Positions 9,472-19,051 of a stretch of 64,000 nucleotides of DNA are shown piece after piece; the first letter of the stretch is position 1, and each line of letters begins with the position of its first letter. A model generated the notes under the pieces. That model was not told the DNA's origin. It did not search any database and was given only the letters and a program-made list of their open reading frames with translations. Source of the stretch: a plasmid; the sequence record NZ_CP020429.2; one strand, written 5' to 3'. The position numbers and the translations under genes are program-made.

Positions 9472-10245
9472 ATGAAATTCCATGAATTTGGTGATAAGAA
9501 TTTGCCTCCTATCTTACTGATACATGGTGGTCGCAGTTCCTGGTGGAATTATCTTCGTCAAGCAAAAATCTTGTCAGAAGAATACCGTGTTATTTTACCT
9601 ACTTTGAATGGACACGGAGAAGAATATCATCTCGATTATGTTTCTACGGAAGATTCTGCTTTAGAGATCCTAGACTGTATCGAAGCAAACTGTGGCGGGA
9701 AGTTGTTTGCGATTGGTGGTGTTTCACTTGGTGGTCAAATTGCCATGGAGCTTTTGTCTTTAGACAGTGAAATTGCTGAGAAGGCCATCATAGACGGAAG
9801 CCTCTGTATTCCTCAACCAAGGTTAGCCAAAATCAGCATCTTTCTAGTGTCTCTATTTGGTAAACTGATGTTCAATAAATTCTCTTGCAAACTTCAGTTA
9901 AGCATGATGAACAAATTCTATCCTAAACTGGCTTATCCAGAGGAACTAAAAGCTTATTATTTGGATGATCTGCCAAGGACGCCTGTCAAAACATTAGTGA
10001 CTATTTACAAAACCTATATGGGGCGTTACAAACTGAAGGATACGATTTCTGCTAGCAAAGCTCAGGTTTTATATATCTATGGTGAAAAAGAATTAAACTG
10101 TGTGAAAGCATCGGCGAAATTATTTCAGTAGCTACATCCAAATACGATTTTGTATGAAGCAAAGGGCTATCATCACGGCTATTTATCAGCTTACCTGCCT
10201 CAAGAGTGGGTTGATTTGGTTGAGCCTTTTTTAAAGAAGAAATAA
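9472..10245 (+). pseudogene. alpha/beta hydrolase interrupted by an in-frame amber TAG at 10129-10131
   Basis: GVSLGGQIA nucleophile elbow. The frame continues after TAG through a catalytic-His-like region (GYHHGY) to TAA at 10243-10245, just before the next gene's RBS. Confidence 0.6.
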
Positions 10246-10257
10246 GGAAAAATAAAG

Positions 10258-10698
10258 ATGAATAGAATAGTAGACGATCAGATAACGCTTATTCCTTATT
10301 ATAGAAATGATGACATCTCCCTTCTTTGGTATCAAGATAGTGAGGTTTGCAAACAAGTAGATAATACTGATCAGATTTATAATCTAGCAAAACTTCATAA
10401 AATGTATGATTACCTAACTTCACATGGTTCTTGCTATTATATCCAATATGAAGGAGTGTTAGTTGGAGATGTGACACTCCAAGATAACTCGGAACTTTCT
10501 ATAGTTATCAGCAAAGAGTATCAGAATTTACAGATCGGAAGACGATGTGTTTCTGAAATGATACAGCTGGCGAAAGAACAAAAAATGGTAAAGGTCTCTG
10601 CACAAATATATCCTTTTAATACTCAAAGTCAAAGAATGTTTTTGGCTTTGGGATTTCAGAAAGTAGATGAAGAGTGGTATGAATATAAGTTGATATAG
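10258..10698 (+). CDS. GNAT-family N-acetyltransferase
   Basis: 146 aa. QIGRRCVSEMIQLAKE acetyl-CoA binding motif. Confidence 0.65.
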   Translation: MNRIVDDQITLIPYYRNDDISLLWYQDSEVCKQVDNTDQIYNLAKLHKMYDYLTSHGSCYYIQYEGVLVGDVTLQDNSELSIVISKEYQNLQIGRRCVSEMIQLAKEQKMVKVSAQIYPFNTQSQRMFLALGFQKVDEEWYEYKLI

Positions 10699-10929
10699 AA
10701 CAGTTGTATATTTCCATACATATTAAGAATATAATCTGCTGTTTATAAAATAATGTTCATGAAAAAAGAGATAAAAGGTACCTACTGATCCATGGACAAG
10801 AGTTTTGTTCAGAAATCTAAAAATGAAGAGAACACCAACAGATGATTTTTTGTTGGTGTTCTCTTTATGTGATTACTTTTTGGTATCTTTTACGAATAGA
10901 TATATTGTATAAAATAGGAGGTATATAAT

Positions 10930-11175
10930 ATGATGACTTATGATGAAGTAATGGAAGCGATAGAAAGAGGGTTTATCAAGGGAGATAAAATCAGTATTAT
11001 TCGGCGAAATGGCAAGATCCATGATTATGTTTTACCAGGAGAGAAAGTAGAACCTGGAGAAATAGTGGAAGAAGAGAACTTAGATATTGTCCTTGAAGAG
11101 TTGAAGGGGTCCGGCAACCGAAGGGCGCTAGCCTTCAAACTTTCCTCCCAAAATGTGTCCAAAATATTGACATAA
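10930..11175 (+). CDS. small conserved hypothetical protein (copy 1, 81 aa). Its C-terminal extension runs into the 40-bp repeat.
   Basis: Paralog of 17940..18125, with an identical ~60-bp upstream region including RBS AGGAGG. Confidence 0.6.
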   Translation: MMTYDEVMEAIERGFIKGDKISIIRRNGKIHDYVLPGEKVEPGEIVEEENLDIVLEELKGSGNRRALAFKLSSQNVSKILT

Positions 11176-11180
11176 TTCCA
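11140..11180. repeat. about 40-bp direct repeat (ttcctcccaaaatgtgtccaaaatattgaca[t/g]aattcca), left copy
   Basis: 38 of 40 nt identical to 15255-15298. The two copies bracket the ABC + LytTR two-component cassette. Confidence 0.7.
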
Positions 11181-11282
11181 AACAATGTGAGGCACCGTAT
11201 CTGATACGGGAAATTTAGAGTTTATCTAAAAATATGATACTAGGACTTTGCGAGCTCAGATAGTGTACACACACTATCGTTA

Positions 11283-11343
11283 AAATAGAAACATCAGTAA
11301 AGGTCAGACTGACACCTTTTGACTGATGTTTCTATTTTATTTT
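11283..11343 (+). terminator. rho-independent terminator
   Basis: 16-bp stem (aaatagaaacatcagt / actgatgtttctattt) followed by a T run. Confidence 0.7.
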
Positions 11344-11515
11344 GGGGAGAATCCCCAAACCCCTATAAAATAAAAATTTTATCAAATAAACTATTTTACT
11401 ATTTACTACACTTAAAATAACAGAATAATACAAATGAAATTTAGTCTTAATAATTTAAGGTATCCTATAACCATCAACAGTGATGTTGAAATAATTCAAA
11501 GGAGGAAGCTATTCA

Positions 11516-12381
11516 TGAGTACAATACTACGAGCGTGTAATTTAAGTAAATCGTTTGGTTCACAAGAGGTGTTAACTAATATCAATTTTGACATCCAATC
11601 AGGAGATATAGTTGGCTTGATTGGAAAAAATGGATGTGGGAAGACTACTCTAATGAAGATGATATTGGGTCTCACATCACGAACTGAAGGTGATATTCAA
11701 TTTGAAGGTGATTCGAATTATCATACTAAAAGAAAGGCTTTAAATAAAATTGGTTTCCTCTTAGATTGTAGGTTGTTTGAAGATTTCTCTGCATATGATA
11801 ATTTGAAATTATTCTCTATGTATTCTTCAACAGTTAATGAAGAAAATCTAGATGACCGAATTGATAGGTTGTTAAAATTTGTTGGTTTAGATAACAGTAA
11901 AAAACTAGTAAAATCTTATTCGTTTGGTATGAAGCAGAGATTGGGTTTGGCGCTGGCATTATTAGATGATCCTGAATTCTTGATTTTAGATGAACCATTT
12001 GTTGGTTTGGATCCCTCGGGGGTTAGAGTCCTTCTTGATTATATTGTAAAGTTACGTCAAGAAAAGGGTGTTACAATTTTAATCTCATCACATCAGTTAC
12101 ATGAAATTGAAGAAATTTGTGACTATTTTTTATTTATAAATGATAAGAGAGTTGAAACACATTCTAAACTAGGAGAAAATCAAATAGTTATTACTTTAGG
12201 GAATGTGGTGCCAGAGTTGGAACATAGTTTAAGAGATATGGTTGATATGAAAGAAAATCAGATAACTTTACCAGAAGATATGTCACTACTGAACTCAACA
12301 TTAAAGCTTATTTACAGATATAACGGTGAAATAAATGATATCACAATAAATGATTCTATAGAAGAATTATTTAGGGGGTGA
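11516..12381 (+). CDS. ABC transporter ATP-binding protein (ABC-2 type). Start taken at MSTILRACNLSKSF.
   Basis: Walker A GKNGCGKTT, signature FGMKQR, Walker B LILDEP. RBS AAGGAGGAAG. Confidence 0.85.
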
Positions 12382-12385
12382 CAAA

Positions 12386-13138
12386 ATGAACTCAATCATT
12401 TTAGCAGAACTATATAAATTACTGAAACGAAAAAATTTTATTGTATTAGCGGTACTATCTTTGTGGTCATTGATTTACGGATTGGGTGCTTTTTTGCATT
12501 GGGATTTTGTAAAGATTGGTGCTAAGTTAGATTTGGTTACCTTTATTACAACGATGTGGACGTTTTTATTGATATTAACTATTCCATTATTATTAATCTT
12601 ATACACCTCTTCCTTTATCTTAGGAGGAGAAATCCAAGGAGGGCAAATTTTACTAGAAGTAAATCGAGTGTCTAGTAAGAAAACGTTAATTATTTCTAAA
12701 TATATTGTTGTCATTTTATCAATTTTATTTTTATATGTACTGAACTGTTTATCATCACTAATCACATATATTTGTTTTTTATCTCGAAGTGAGTTTGGCT
12801 ATGTGAATTTTTGGAAGTTGCATCCTACAAATATGCAATCAATAATAATTAGTTTAGTAAATTTAGGTTTCATTATTTTATTGGCTAGTGTAGCTTTTTA
12901 CTTATCATTATATGTTTCGGCAATAGTAGCTGCATTTGCAAGTTTAGGTGTTTACTTTTTATGTCAATTATTGTCATATGTTACTATTATTTCTAAATTT
13001 GTTCCAGGATATTTTTTTGTTGTATCTAATTATCGTTTTTCGTTTGGATTATCTATGGTCCATTTGCTAAGCTATCTTTTCATCTGTATGCTATTATTGA
13101 TGGCTACCATGAAAGGATTTGAAAAAAAAGCACTGTGA
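12386..13138 (+). CDS. ABC-2 family permease with 6 TM helices
   Basis: 250-aa hydrophobic protein, translationally coupled to the ATPase. Confidence 0.75.
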   Translation: MNSIILAELYKLLKRKNFIVLAVLSLWSLIYGLGAFLHWDFVKIGAKLDLVTFITTMWTFLLILTIPLLLILYTSSFILGGEIQGGQILLEVNRVSSKKTLIISKYIVVILSILFLYVLNCLSSLITYICFLSRSEFGYVNFWKLHPTNMQSIIISLVNLGFIILLASVAFYLSLYVSAIVAAFASLGVYFLCQLLSYVTIISKFVPGYFFVVSNYRFSFGLSMVHLLSYLFICMLLLMATMKGFEKKAL

Positions 13139-13175
13139 GTGATATAATACTCCAAAAAGGAATTTATGGAAGCGG

Positions 13176-13904
13176 ATGTATAGAATAGCAATTTGTGATG
13201 ATGATAGTCTACACGTTAGTAATTTAGAAAATCACATTTCGAGATATTTTGATGAGCTTAACATTCAATATGAGATTGACGGTTACTATAAAGGAGACCG
13301 TCTAGTGAAATCAATGAGAGAACAGATGGATAACTATCAATTGATATTTTTAGATATTGAAATGGAGGGTCTCAATGGTATTGAAACTGCAAAATTATTG
13401 AGGAGTTTGGACAAAAGTTTCATCCTAGTCTATGTTACAAGTTATGAGCAATATGCTTTAGAGAGTTTTGAAGTATCACCATTTCGATATTTAATAAAAC
13501 CAGTATCTATTGAGAAACTGAGAGCTGTTCTTAAGGATGTTCTTGTGGAGTTAACTGCAAAACAGAAATTTCTGTTTTATCAAGTAGGTATGGAGCATTT
13601 TCAGGTAAACTTGGATAATATCGTGTGCTTGTACTCGGAATTTGGTAGAAAAATTCATCTTGAATTGGTTGATGGTCGTAATGTGTCGTTTTATGGGAAA
13701 ATATCGTCAATTGAAGAAGGTCTGCCCCAAACCCATTTTGTCAGAGTCAATAGTGGCACTATGATTAACCTGAATTATGTTACATCACTTAATCGAAGTG
13801 ATGTAACGATGATAAACGGTGATTGTATTACCATTAGTAGAAGTCGTAAGAAAATAGTAATATCAGCTTACAGTCAGTTTATTGAGAGGAGTTTTGGGTT
13901 ATGA
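13176..13904 (+). CDS. LytTR-family response regulator (AgrA/ComE/BlpR-like)
   Basis: Receiver domain (IAICDDD...FLDIEM) and C-terminal LytTR DNA-binding domain ([15 protein letters not shown]). Confidence 0.85.
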   Translation: MYRIAICDDDSLHVSNLENHISRYFDELNIQYEIDGYYKGDRLVKSMREQMDNYQLIFLDIEMEGLNGIETAKLLRSLDKSFILVYVTSYEQYALESFEVSPFRYLIKPVSIEKLRAVLKDVLVELTAKQKFLFYQVGMEHFQVNLDNIVCLYSEFGRKIHLELVDGRNVSFYGKISSIEEGLPQTHFVRVNSGTMINLNYVTSLNRSDVTMINGDCITISRSRKKIVISAYSQFIERSFGL

Positions 13905-15154
13905 TTAACTTATTTAATTCAATTGGACTCCTCTCTCTTTTTTTATTTCAAAGCTTTATTATTTGGATTTATTTACAGCATTTTTTTGTCATTAAAATTT
14001 CTAAAAATAAATTCTATTGTTTTATTTTAGGTGTTTATTTCATTGGTAGAACGTCTATAACAGTTAATCACGATACCATTATTGATTTTAAATTTTTTTC
14101 TTTGTTTTTCACATTCTTGATATTGTTCTTTTTTTTATCAGGGGATGTAATGAAAAAAATATTTCATTACTTATTCTTGATTTTTTGGTTCCTGATTCAA
14201 GAAGATATTACAATTTTATTGTTGAATCATGCGCAACAGACGAGAGCGATTGTTATTTTTGTCGTTCAATTTTTATTGATGCTATTAACGCTTTTATTTA
14301 TACTTGGATTAAAGCATTTTAAGATAGATAATTTATTAGGTTTGAATAAAATAGAGTACGCTATTTTATCAGTCACTCCTCTGTTGTCCATCATTCTATT
14401 GATATATAAAGTTTCACCACCTATAGATAAAGTTCTTATATTTGATAGCTATTTATTATTAATAAATATTGTTATAATTGTACTTTATAATTACTTGAGC
14501 GAAAAAAATTATAACCTTATCAAAAACAAAATAGTCTTTGACGAAAATAGTATGACTTGTGAAATTATAAAACAGGAAGAAGAATTGGCAACTCTTAGAC
14601 ATGATTTAAAAAATATAGTTTCCTCAATAGATTTTTACGCAGATAGTAGTGATTATAACAATATCAAGGTGATAACTAGAGAGATATTGGGACAAGAAGT
14701 ATTTAATCGTAAAATCACAGGATGTATACCTATTGATGCAGTGCTAAATCAAAAAATATCTAAGATGAAAAAAGATGGTATTCCATATAGCTTAGATTTA
14801 CAAGTTCCATATAATTTAGATCTAAGTGCTATTGCTATTGATTCGTGTGCTATTCTGGGTAATATTCTTGATAATGCTATAGAGGAAATTGAACGTAATA
14901 ACTTAGATGATCCAATTGAAATAGCTTTGCGTTTTAAGAATAACAAATTAGTTTTTAAAGTTGCCAATCCAATCAAAGATTCTAATGTAGATGTTAATTA
15001 CGATGGAATGAAGTCGATAAAATCTCCTAACCGGCAAGGTATAGGGATAAAAAGTAGTTATGATCGGGCTATGAAATTGAAGGGACATTTAAATATTACT
15101 GTTCAGTCAAATCGATTTATTGTATTGGTTGTGATTCCGCTAAGGATGAACTGA
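13901..15154 (+). CDS. AgrC/ComD-like (HPK10) membrane histidine kinase
   Basis: 6-7 N-terminal TM helices, H-box LRHDLKN, C-terminal GHKL ATPase. Overlaps the regulator's stop codon. Confidence 0.8.
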   Translation: MINLFNSIGLLSLFLFQSFIIWIYLQHFFVIKISKNKFYCFILGVYFIGRTSITVNHDTIIDFKFFSLFFTFLILFFFLSGDVMKKIFHYLFLIFWFLIQEDITILLLNHAQQTRAIVIFVVQFLLMLLTLLFILGLKHFKIDNLLGLNKIEYAILSVTPLLSIILLIYKVSPPIDKVLIFDSYLLLINIVIIVLYNYLSEKNYNLIKNKIVFDENSMTCEIIKQEEELATLRHDLKNIVSSIDFYADSSDYNNIKVITREILGQEVFNRKITGCIPIDAVLNQKISKMKKDGIPYSLDLQVPYNLDLSAIAIDSCAILGNILDNAIEEIERNNLDDPIEIALRFKNNKLVFKVANPIKDSNVDVNYDGMKSIKSPNRQGIGIKSSYDRAMKLKGHLNITVQSNRFIVLVVIPLRMN

Positions 15155-15178
15155 GTCTTTATTGGGAAATCTATATTC

Positions 15179-15208
15179 AAACTCTGCTAATGGGCAGAGT
15201 TCTTTTTC
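15179..15208 (+). terminator. rho-independent terminator
   Basis: aactctgc...gcagagtt stem followed by TTTTT. Confidence 0.6.
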
Positions 15209-15254
15209 TAGGGTGTCTTACAGATGGTTTATTGGTACAGTATGATAATCGTGT

Positions 15255-15298
15255 CTTTTCTCCCAAAATGTGTCCAAAATATTGACAGAATTCCATGA
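15255..15298. repeat. about 40-bp direct repeat, right copy
   Basis: See 11140-11180. Confidence 0.7.
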
Positions 15299-15551
15299 CA
15301 GAACTTTGTACCAAGAATTAAGTAATAAGTTTCAAATCCCTGCTAGAAAAGATCATTTGATAGATGATATTGAAGGACGAAAGATTAGACTTGCGGCTGA
15401 TATTATTTGTGGTAGAAAGCAAATTGTTAAGTTTCACGAAAATGATTATGAAAAGTGGAGAGAAGATTATGAACTTGTTCGTTCCAATTTAAACCTTCAT
15501 TTTTGTGGCCTAACACAAGGCGCCAACAATCAATACTTATCACTACACTAA
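15270..15551 (+). CDS. hypothetical protein (93 aa) with a GTG start inside the repeat
   Basis: ORF only. Its frame reads the repeat as SQNVSKILT, the same residues as the C-terminus of the 10930 gene. Confidence 0.35.
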   Translation: MSKILTEFHDRTLYQELSNKFQIPARKDHLIDDIEGRKIRLAADIICGRKQIVKFHENDYEKWREDYELVRSNLNLHFCGLTQGANNQYLSLH

Positions 15552-15618
15552 ATATTTAGATAGGATTGATTATTTACTTTTTGATCTAAAATGTTATTTT
15601 AGAGGACAAGAGACTCCG

Positions 15619-15864
15619 ATGATTGCTGCCTATCAAGGTGAAGAGACAGAGATTTGGTTAAGGCAGTTTAGTAGAGATTTCAAGTATTTCACTGATAAGA
15701 TGAAGTTGAATGCTTTCGTGAATGAAAACTATGAAGTTTTAGGTATCAGTAAAGCACAATCAGAAATTATTCAGAGAATCATTTCTAGAAAGGAGATTTC
15801 AGATACATTAAATCTGTTCATGGAAAATATGTTAAACTTAAATCGGAAAGGTATATTCAGTTGA
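15619..15864 (+). CDS. hypothetical protein (81 aa)
   Basis: ORF, translationally coupled to the next gene. Confidence 0.35.
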   Translation: MIAAYQGEETEIWLRQFSRDFKYFTDKMKLNAFVNENYEVLGISKAQSEIIQRIISRKEISDTLNLFMENMLNLNRKGIFS

Positions 15865-16316
15865 AAGGAGAACTCATGACACCGCAAGAAATGTGGAATC
15901 AATACAAGAAAATTAACGCCTCTATCGGAGATGAGATAGAGGCCTGGGCTTTTGGAGTGGAAGCTGATCTCTTGGCAGACTTGGTTTTAAAAGGCGTAAA
16001 GACGGCAACCGCTTCAGCTTACGACCTTTATGCACTAGAGGATGAACCCCTTCCGCAGGAAGGTACATTCGATGTTATTTTAGACAGTCAAGATCAAGCT
16101 GTCTGCATTGTCGAAATTACAAAGGTTTCCGTTGAACCCTTTAATCAAGTGTCAGCTGACCATGCCTTCAAGGAAGGGGAAGGTGACAAATCCCTAGCCT
16201 ATTGGCGTCAGGTTCATGAGGACTTTTTCGCCGAGTGGCTGAGGGAGGCAGGACTGACTTTTACACCTAACAGCAAGGTTGTTTTAGAAGAATTTCGCAA
16301 GGTTTATCCATTATAG
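15861..16316 (+). CDS. ASCH-domain protein
   Basis: 151 aa. EAWAFG...LADLVLKGVKTATAS pattern typical of the ASCH/YqfB fold. Confidence 0.6.
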   Translation: MKGELMTPQEMWNQYKKINASIGDEIEAWAFGVEADLLADLVLKGVKTATASAYDLYALEDEPLPQEGTFDVILDSQDQAVCIVEITKVSVEPFNQVSADHAFKEGEGDKSLAYWRQVHEDFFAEWLREAGLTFTPNSKVVLEEFRKVYPL

Positions 16317-16489
16317 AACATGAGAGTGGGACAGAAATCAGTAATTCGTTAGAATTCGATTTCTGTCCTACCTCCGACAGTTGAGTAGGGCTGTAAAAGC
16401 TGATGAAATCAGCGTAGTAGAGCTCACACAACCACTGCGTCTTGTTCAACAATCCAAAGACAATTGAGAGGCTAGGACTTTTGTCCCAG

Positions 16490-16688
16490 CCTCTTTTGAG
16501 ATATGATATCATAAAAAAAGGGCTACTTAAGATTTCGAAAGAAGAGCTGTCATCGACACAAGAGACAACTCTAGAAGAGTTAGATGAAATGTCTGGAGTT
16601 GTTAAGCAACTAACGTGTGGGGAAGCAGTTGCAGATTTAATTGCCTATGCTTTCCTAGATGATATGGAGTTAAATTGGGAATTTTCTG
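16490..16688. repeat. about 199-bp direct repeat, copy 1
   Basis: About 98% identical to 17614-17813. The two copies flank the toxin-antitoxin pair. Confidence 0.8.
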
Positions 16689-16830
16689 TGAAATAAAAAG
16701 AAGGTAGCTGTGATAAATGCCGATATTAAGTTATTTTTAACCTAGATTTTTCTACAATAATTATTCTTTAAATATATAATAAAAAGCCCTTGATATAGGG
16801 CTTTTTAGCTGGATTCAAACTATAATAATA

Positions 16831-17121
16831 CTAACCAATGTGAATCGTAAGAGGTTTATTAAGAGCAACGGCGATTTTGCTCATGGTTTCGATGCTAGTG
16901 TTATTTCCCCGCTCGATACGTGCAATGGTAGATTGTGGAACATGTGATAGGTCTGCTAGTTCACGCTGGCTAAGCCCAGCTTTTTGACGTGCGTTGTAGA
17001 CAGCTAGAGCGCTCTCCAAGACAGCTTTTTCTGACAAATAGCCAGATTTGAAGTCATCATTTTTCAATTCTTCATTCAAAAAATTATCAAATTTAATGGT
17101 TGCCATTTTCGTTCTCCTCAA
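16831..17121 (-). CDS. higA: HTH XRE-family antitoxin (HigA-like). The likely start is MATIKFDNF.
   Basis: C-terminal HTH_3 (LSQRELADLSHVPQSTIARIERG). Overlaps the upstream toxin gene. Confidence 0.7.
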   Translation of the reverse strand: MRRTKMATIKFDNFLNEELKNDDFKSGYLSEKAVLESALAVYNARQKAGLSQRELADLSHVPQSTIARIERGNNTSIETMSKIAVALNKPLTIHIG

Positions 17122-17458
17122 ATTCTTGTTTTAATGCTTTAGCGTGTTTGATTTCAGCAGTAGGGGTCTTTTGTGTTTTCTTTGTAAATCCATGCGTAAT
17201 GATAAAGCGGTCATCAACAACATGGAAATAAAGTGCACGCTGAATGTTACTTGATACCTTAGAACGGATTTCAAAAATGTCACTGTCTAACTTTTTAACC
17301 CATTCCATGCGTTGGGCTTCCAATAAGCCCTGCTCTTGAATCATGCTGATAGTCGCTAGGAGTTTCTGCCTGTCTTTTATCGGTAAGTTTTGTAAAAACT
17401 CGATAAATTCATTCCGTCCGTTTGTACGTGTGTAAAATTCAAATTTTGGGTGTTTCAT
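17093..17458 (-). CDS. higB: HigB/Gp49-like (RelE/ParE superfamily) toxin
   Basis: IFEIRSKVSSNIQRALYFHVVDDRFIITHGFTKKTQKTP matches the phage Gp49-like HigB family. Toxin-first gene order. Confidence 0.7.
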   Translation of the reverse strand: MKHPKFEFYTRTNGRNEFIEFLQNLPIKDRQKLLATISMIQEQGLLEAQRMEWVKKLDSDIFEIRSKVSSNIQRALYFHVVDDRFIITHGFTKKTQKTPTAEIKHAKALKQEFEENENGNH

Positions 17459-17613
17459 TGTATCTCAATGATAGCATATATTGTTCATTTGTACAATCAT
17501 CAATAGTGTGAACTTTTGGGTATAATATGGCTCAATTCAGTGATTTTTAGGGTAAAATTCACACTATTCAGATGAAATTAGTTCAAATCAGTTGTAAATT
17601 GGCTTTTGAACAG

Positions 17614-17813
17614 GCTCTTTTGAGATATGATATCATAAAAAAAGGGCTACTTAAGATTTCGAAAGAAGAGCTGTCATAGGCACAAGAGACAACTCTAGAA
17701 GAGTTAGATGAAATGCCTGGAGTTGTTAAGCAACTAACGTGTGGGGAAGCAGTTGCAGATTTAATTGCCTATGCTTTCCTAGATGATATGGAGTTAAATT
17801 GGGAATTTTTCCA
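17614..17813. repeat. about 199-bp direct repeat, copy 2
   Basis: See 16490-16688. Confidence 0.8.
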
Positions 17814-17939
17814 AGCTAGTGACTCTTAATAGTAGAAATTAAAAAAGCACTTAAAGTTTTTTAACTTTGAGTGCATTTTTTGTTACTTTTTGGTATCTTT
17901 TACGAATAGATATATTGTAGAAAATAGGAGGTATATAAT

Positions 17940-18125
17940 ATGATGACTTATGATGAAGTAATGGAAGCGATAGAAAGAGGGTTTATCAAGGGAGATAAAA
18001 TCAGTATTATTCGACGAAATGGCAAGATCCATGATTATGTTTTATCAGGAGAGAAAGTAGAACCTGGAGAAATAGTGGTAAAAGAGGACTTAGATGTTGT
18101 CCTTGAAGAGTTGAAGGAGTTCTAA
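17940..18125 (+). CDS. small conserved hypothetical protein (copy 2, 61 aa)
   Basis: About 95% identical to the N-terminal 58 aa of the 10930 gene, with an identical upstream ~60 bp. Confidence 0.6.
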   Translation: MMTYDEVMEAIERGFIKGDKISIIRRNGKIHDYVLSGEKVEPGEIVVKEDLDVVLEELKEF

Positions 18126-18304
18126 AATGATGCAGCTTTTAAGTAAGATGATTCCTATGGTCTCGTAAAAGGGATACAAGAGTGATATAATAGTGATGTT
18201 AGTATGATTTTATGGACATGGTGGTTGGGATGATGATAACGATAATTTAATGTTCAGCATATTGAATTATTTTCTTGAAACAATAGGATAATTGAGGTAC
18301 TTAT

Positions 18305-19039
18305 ATGGAAAAAAAGGTTGCGGTGAGGGCATCGCGAATATCGAAAGAATTTAGAATAACTAACGAGAGAGTGAATAATGTTTTAAAAGGGGTATCTTTT
18401 GTAGCACATTATGGAGAGTTTATTTCTATTCTAGGAATTAGTGGTTCAGGAAAATCCACATTGTTAAAGTGTCTCTCGAGCCTTTCATTACCAACAAGTG
18501 GTGAAGTAGAAGTTAATGGAATTAATCCATATCAATTGAATAATAGCAAACTAGCCAAATTTAGGAGAGAAGATATCTCTTTAATTTTTCAATCTTATAA
18601 TTTATTGCCAGCACTACCGGTGCTTGAAAATGTTGCGCTACCTTTAAGATTATCTCATAAAAAGGTAGATAGAAAACAAATAGAAAAGTTACTAGACAAG
18701 ATGGCATTTACTGCTAATCTAAATAGTTCAATTAGTTCTTTATCGGGTGGGGAGCAACAAAAAGTAGCTATTGCTAGAACCATACTCGCAGATAGTCAGA
18801 TTATTTTTGCTGATGAACCAACTGGTGCATTAGATAGTATTTCACGTCAGAAGATATTTGATTTACTAAAAGACTTGGTGAGGCAAGGGAAGTGTGTCAT
18901 TATGGTAACGCATGATATTGAACTAGCTTCACGTACAGATAGGTCATTAATACTAAAAGAGGGAAAAATTTTTCAGGATTTACAAAACCCTTCAGCAGAT
19001 GTATTATATCAGGCATTAGAGTCCATACCGGCTGAGTAA
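18305..19039 (+). CDS. ABC transporter ATP-binding protein (MacB/BceA-like)
   Basis: Walker A GISGSGKST, signature LSGGEQQKV, Walker B IFADEPTGALD. Confidence 0.9.
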   Translation: MEKKVAVRASRISKEFRITNERVNNVLKGVSFVAHYGEFISILGISGSGKSTLLKCLSSLSLPTSGEVEVNGINPYQLNNSKLAKFRREDISLIFQSYNLLPALPVLENVALPLRLSHKKVDRKQIEKLLDKMAFTANLNSSISSLSGGEQQKVAIARTILADSQIIFADEPTGALDSISRQKIFDLLKDLVRQGKCVIMVTHDIELASRTDRSLILKEGKIFQDLQNPSADVLYQALESIPAE

Positions 19040-19051
19040 CAGGAGGACGAT

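Noticed and set aside
10828-10866. A 13-bp stem hairpin (gagaacaccaaca...tgttggtgttctc) downstream of the GNAT gene, as a terminator
   Set aside because: The stem is followed by only three T residues, so it is a weak terminator at best. It could instead be a regulatory hairpin for the downstream small gene, and was left uncalled.
16442-16696. An 84-aa ORF covering the first 199-bp repeat, possibly a peptide precursor (…MSGVVKQLTCGEAVADLIAYAF…)
   Set aside because: The second repeat copy has an in-frame TAG and a different start context, so coding is not conserved between copies. It is treated as a non-coding repeat.
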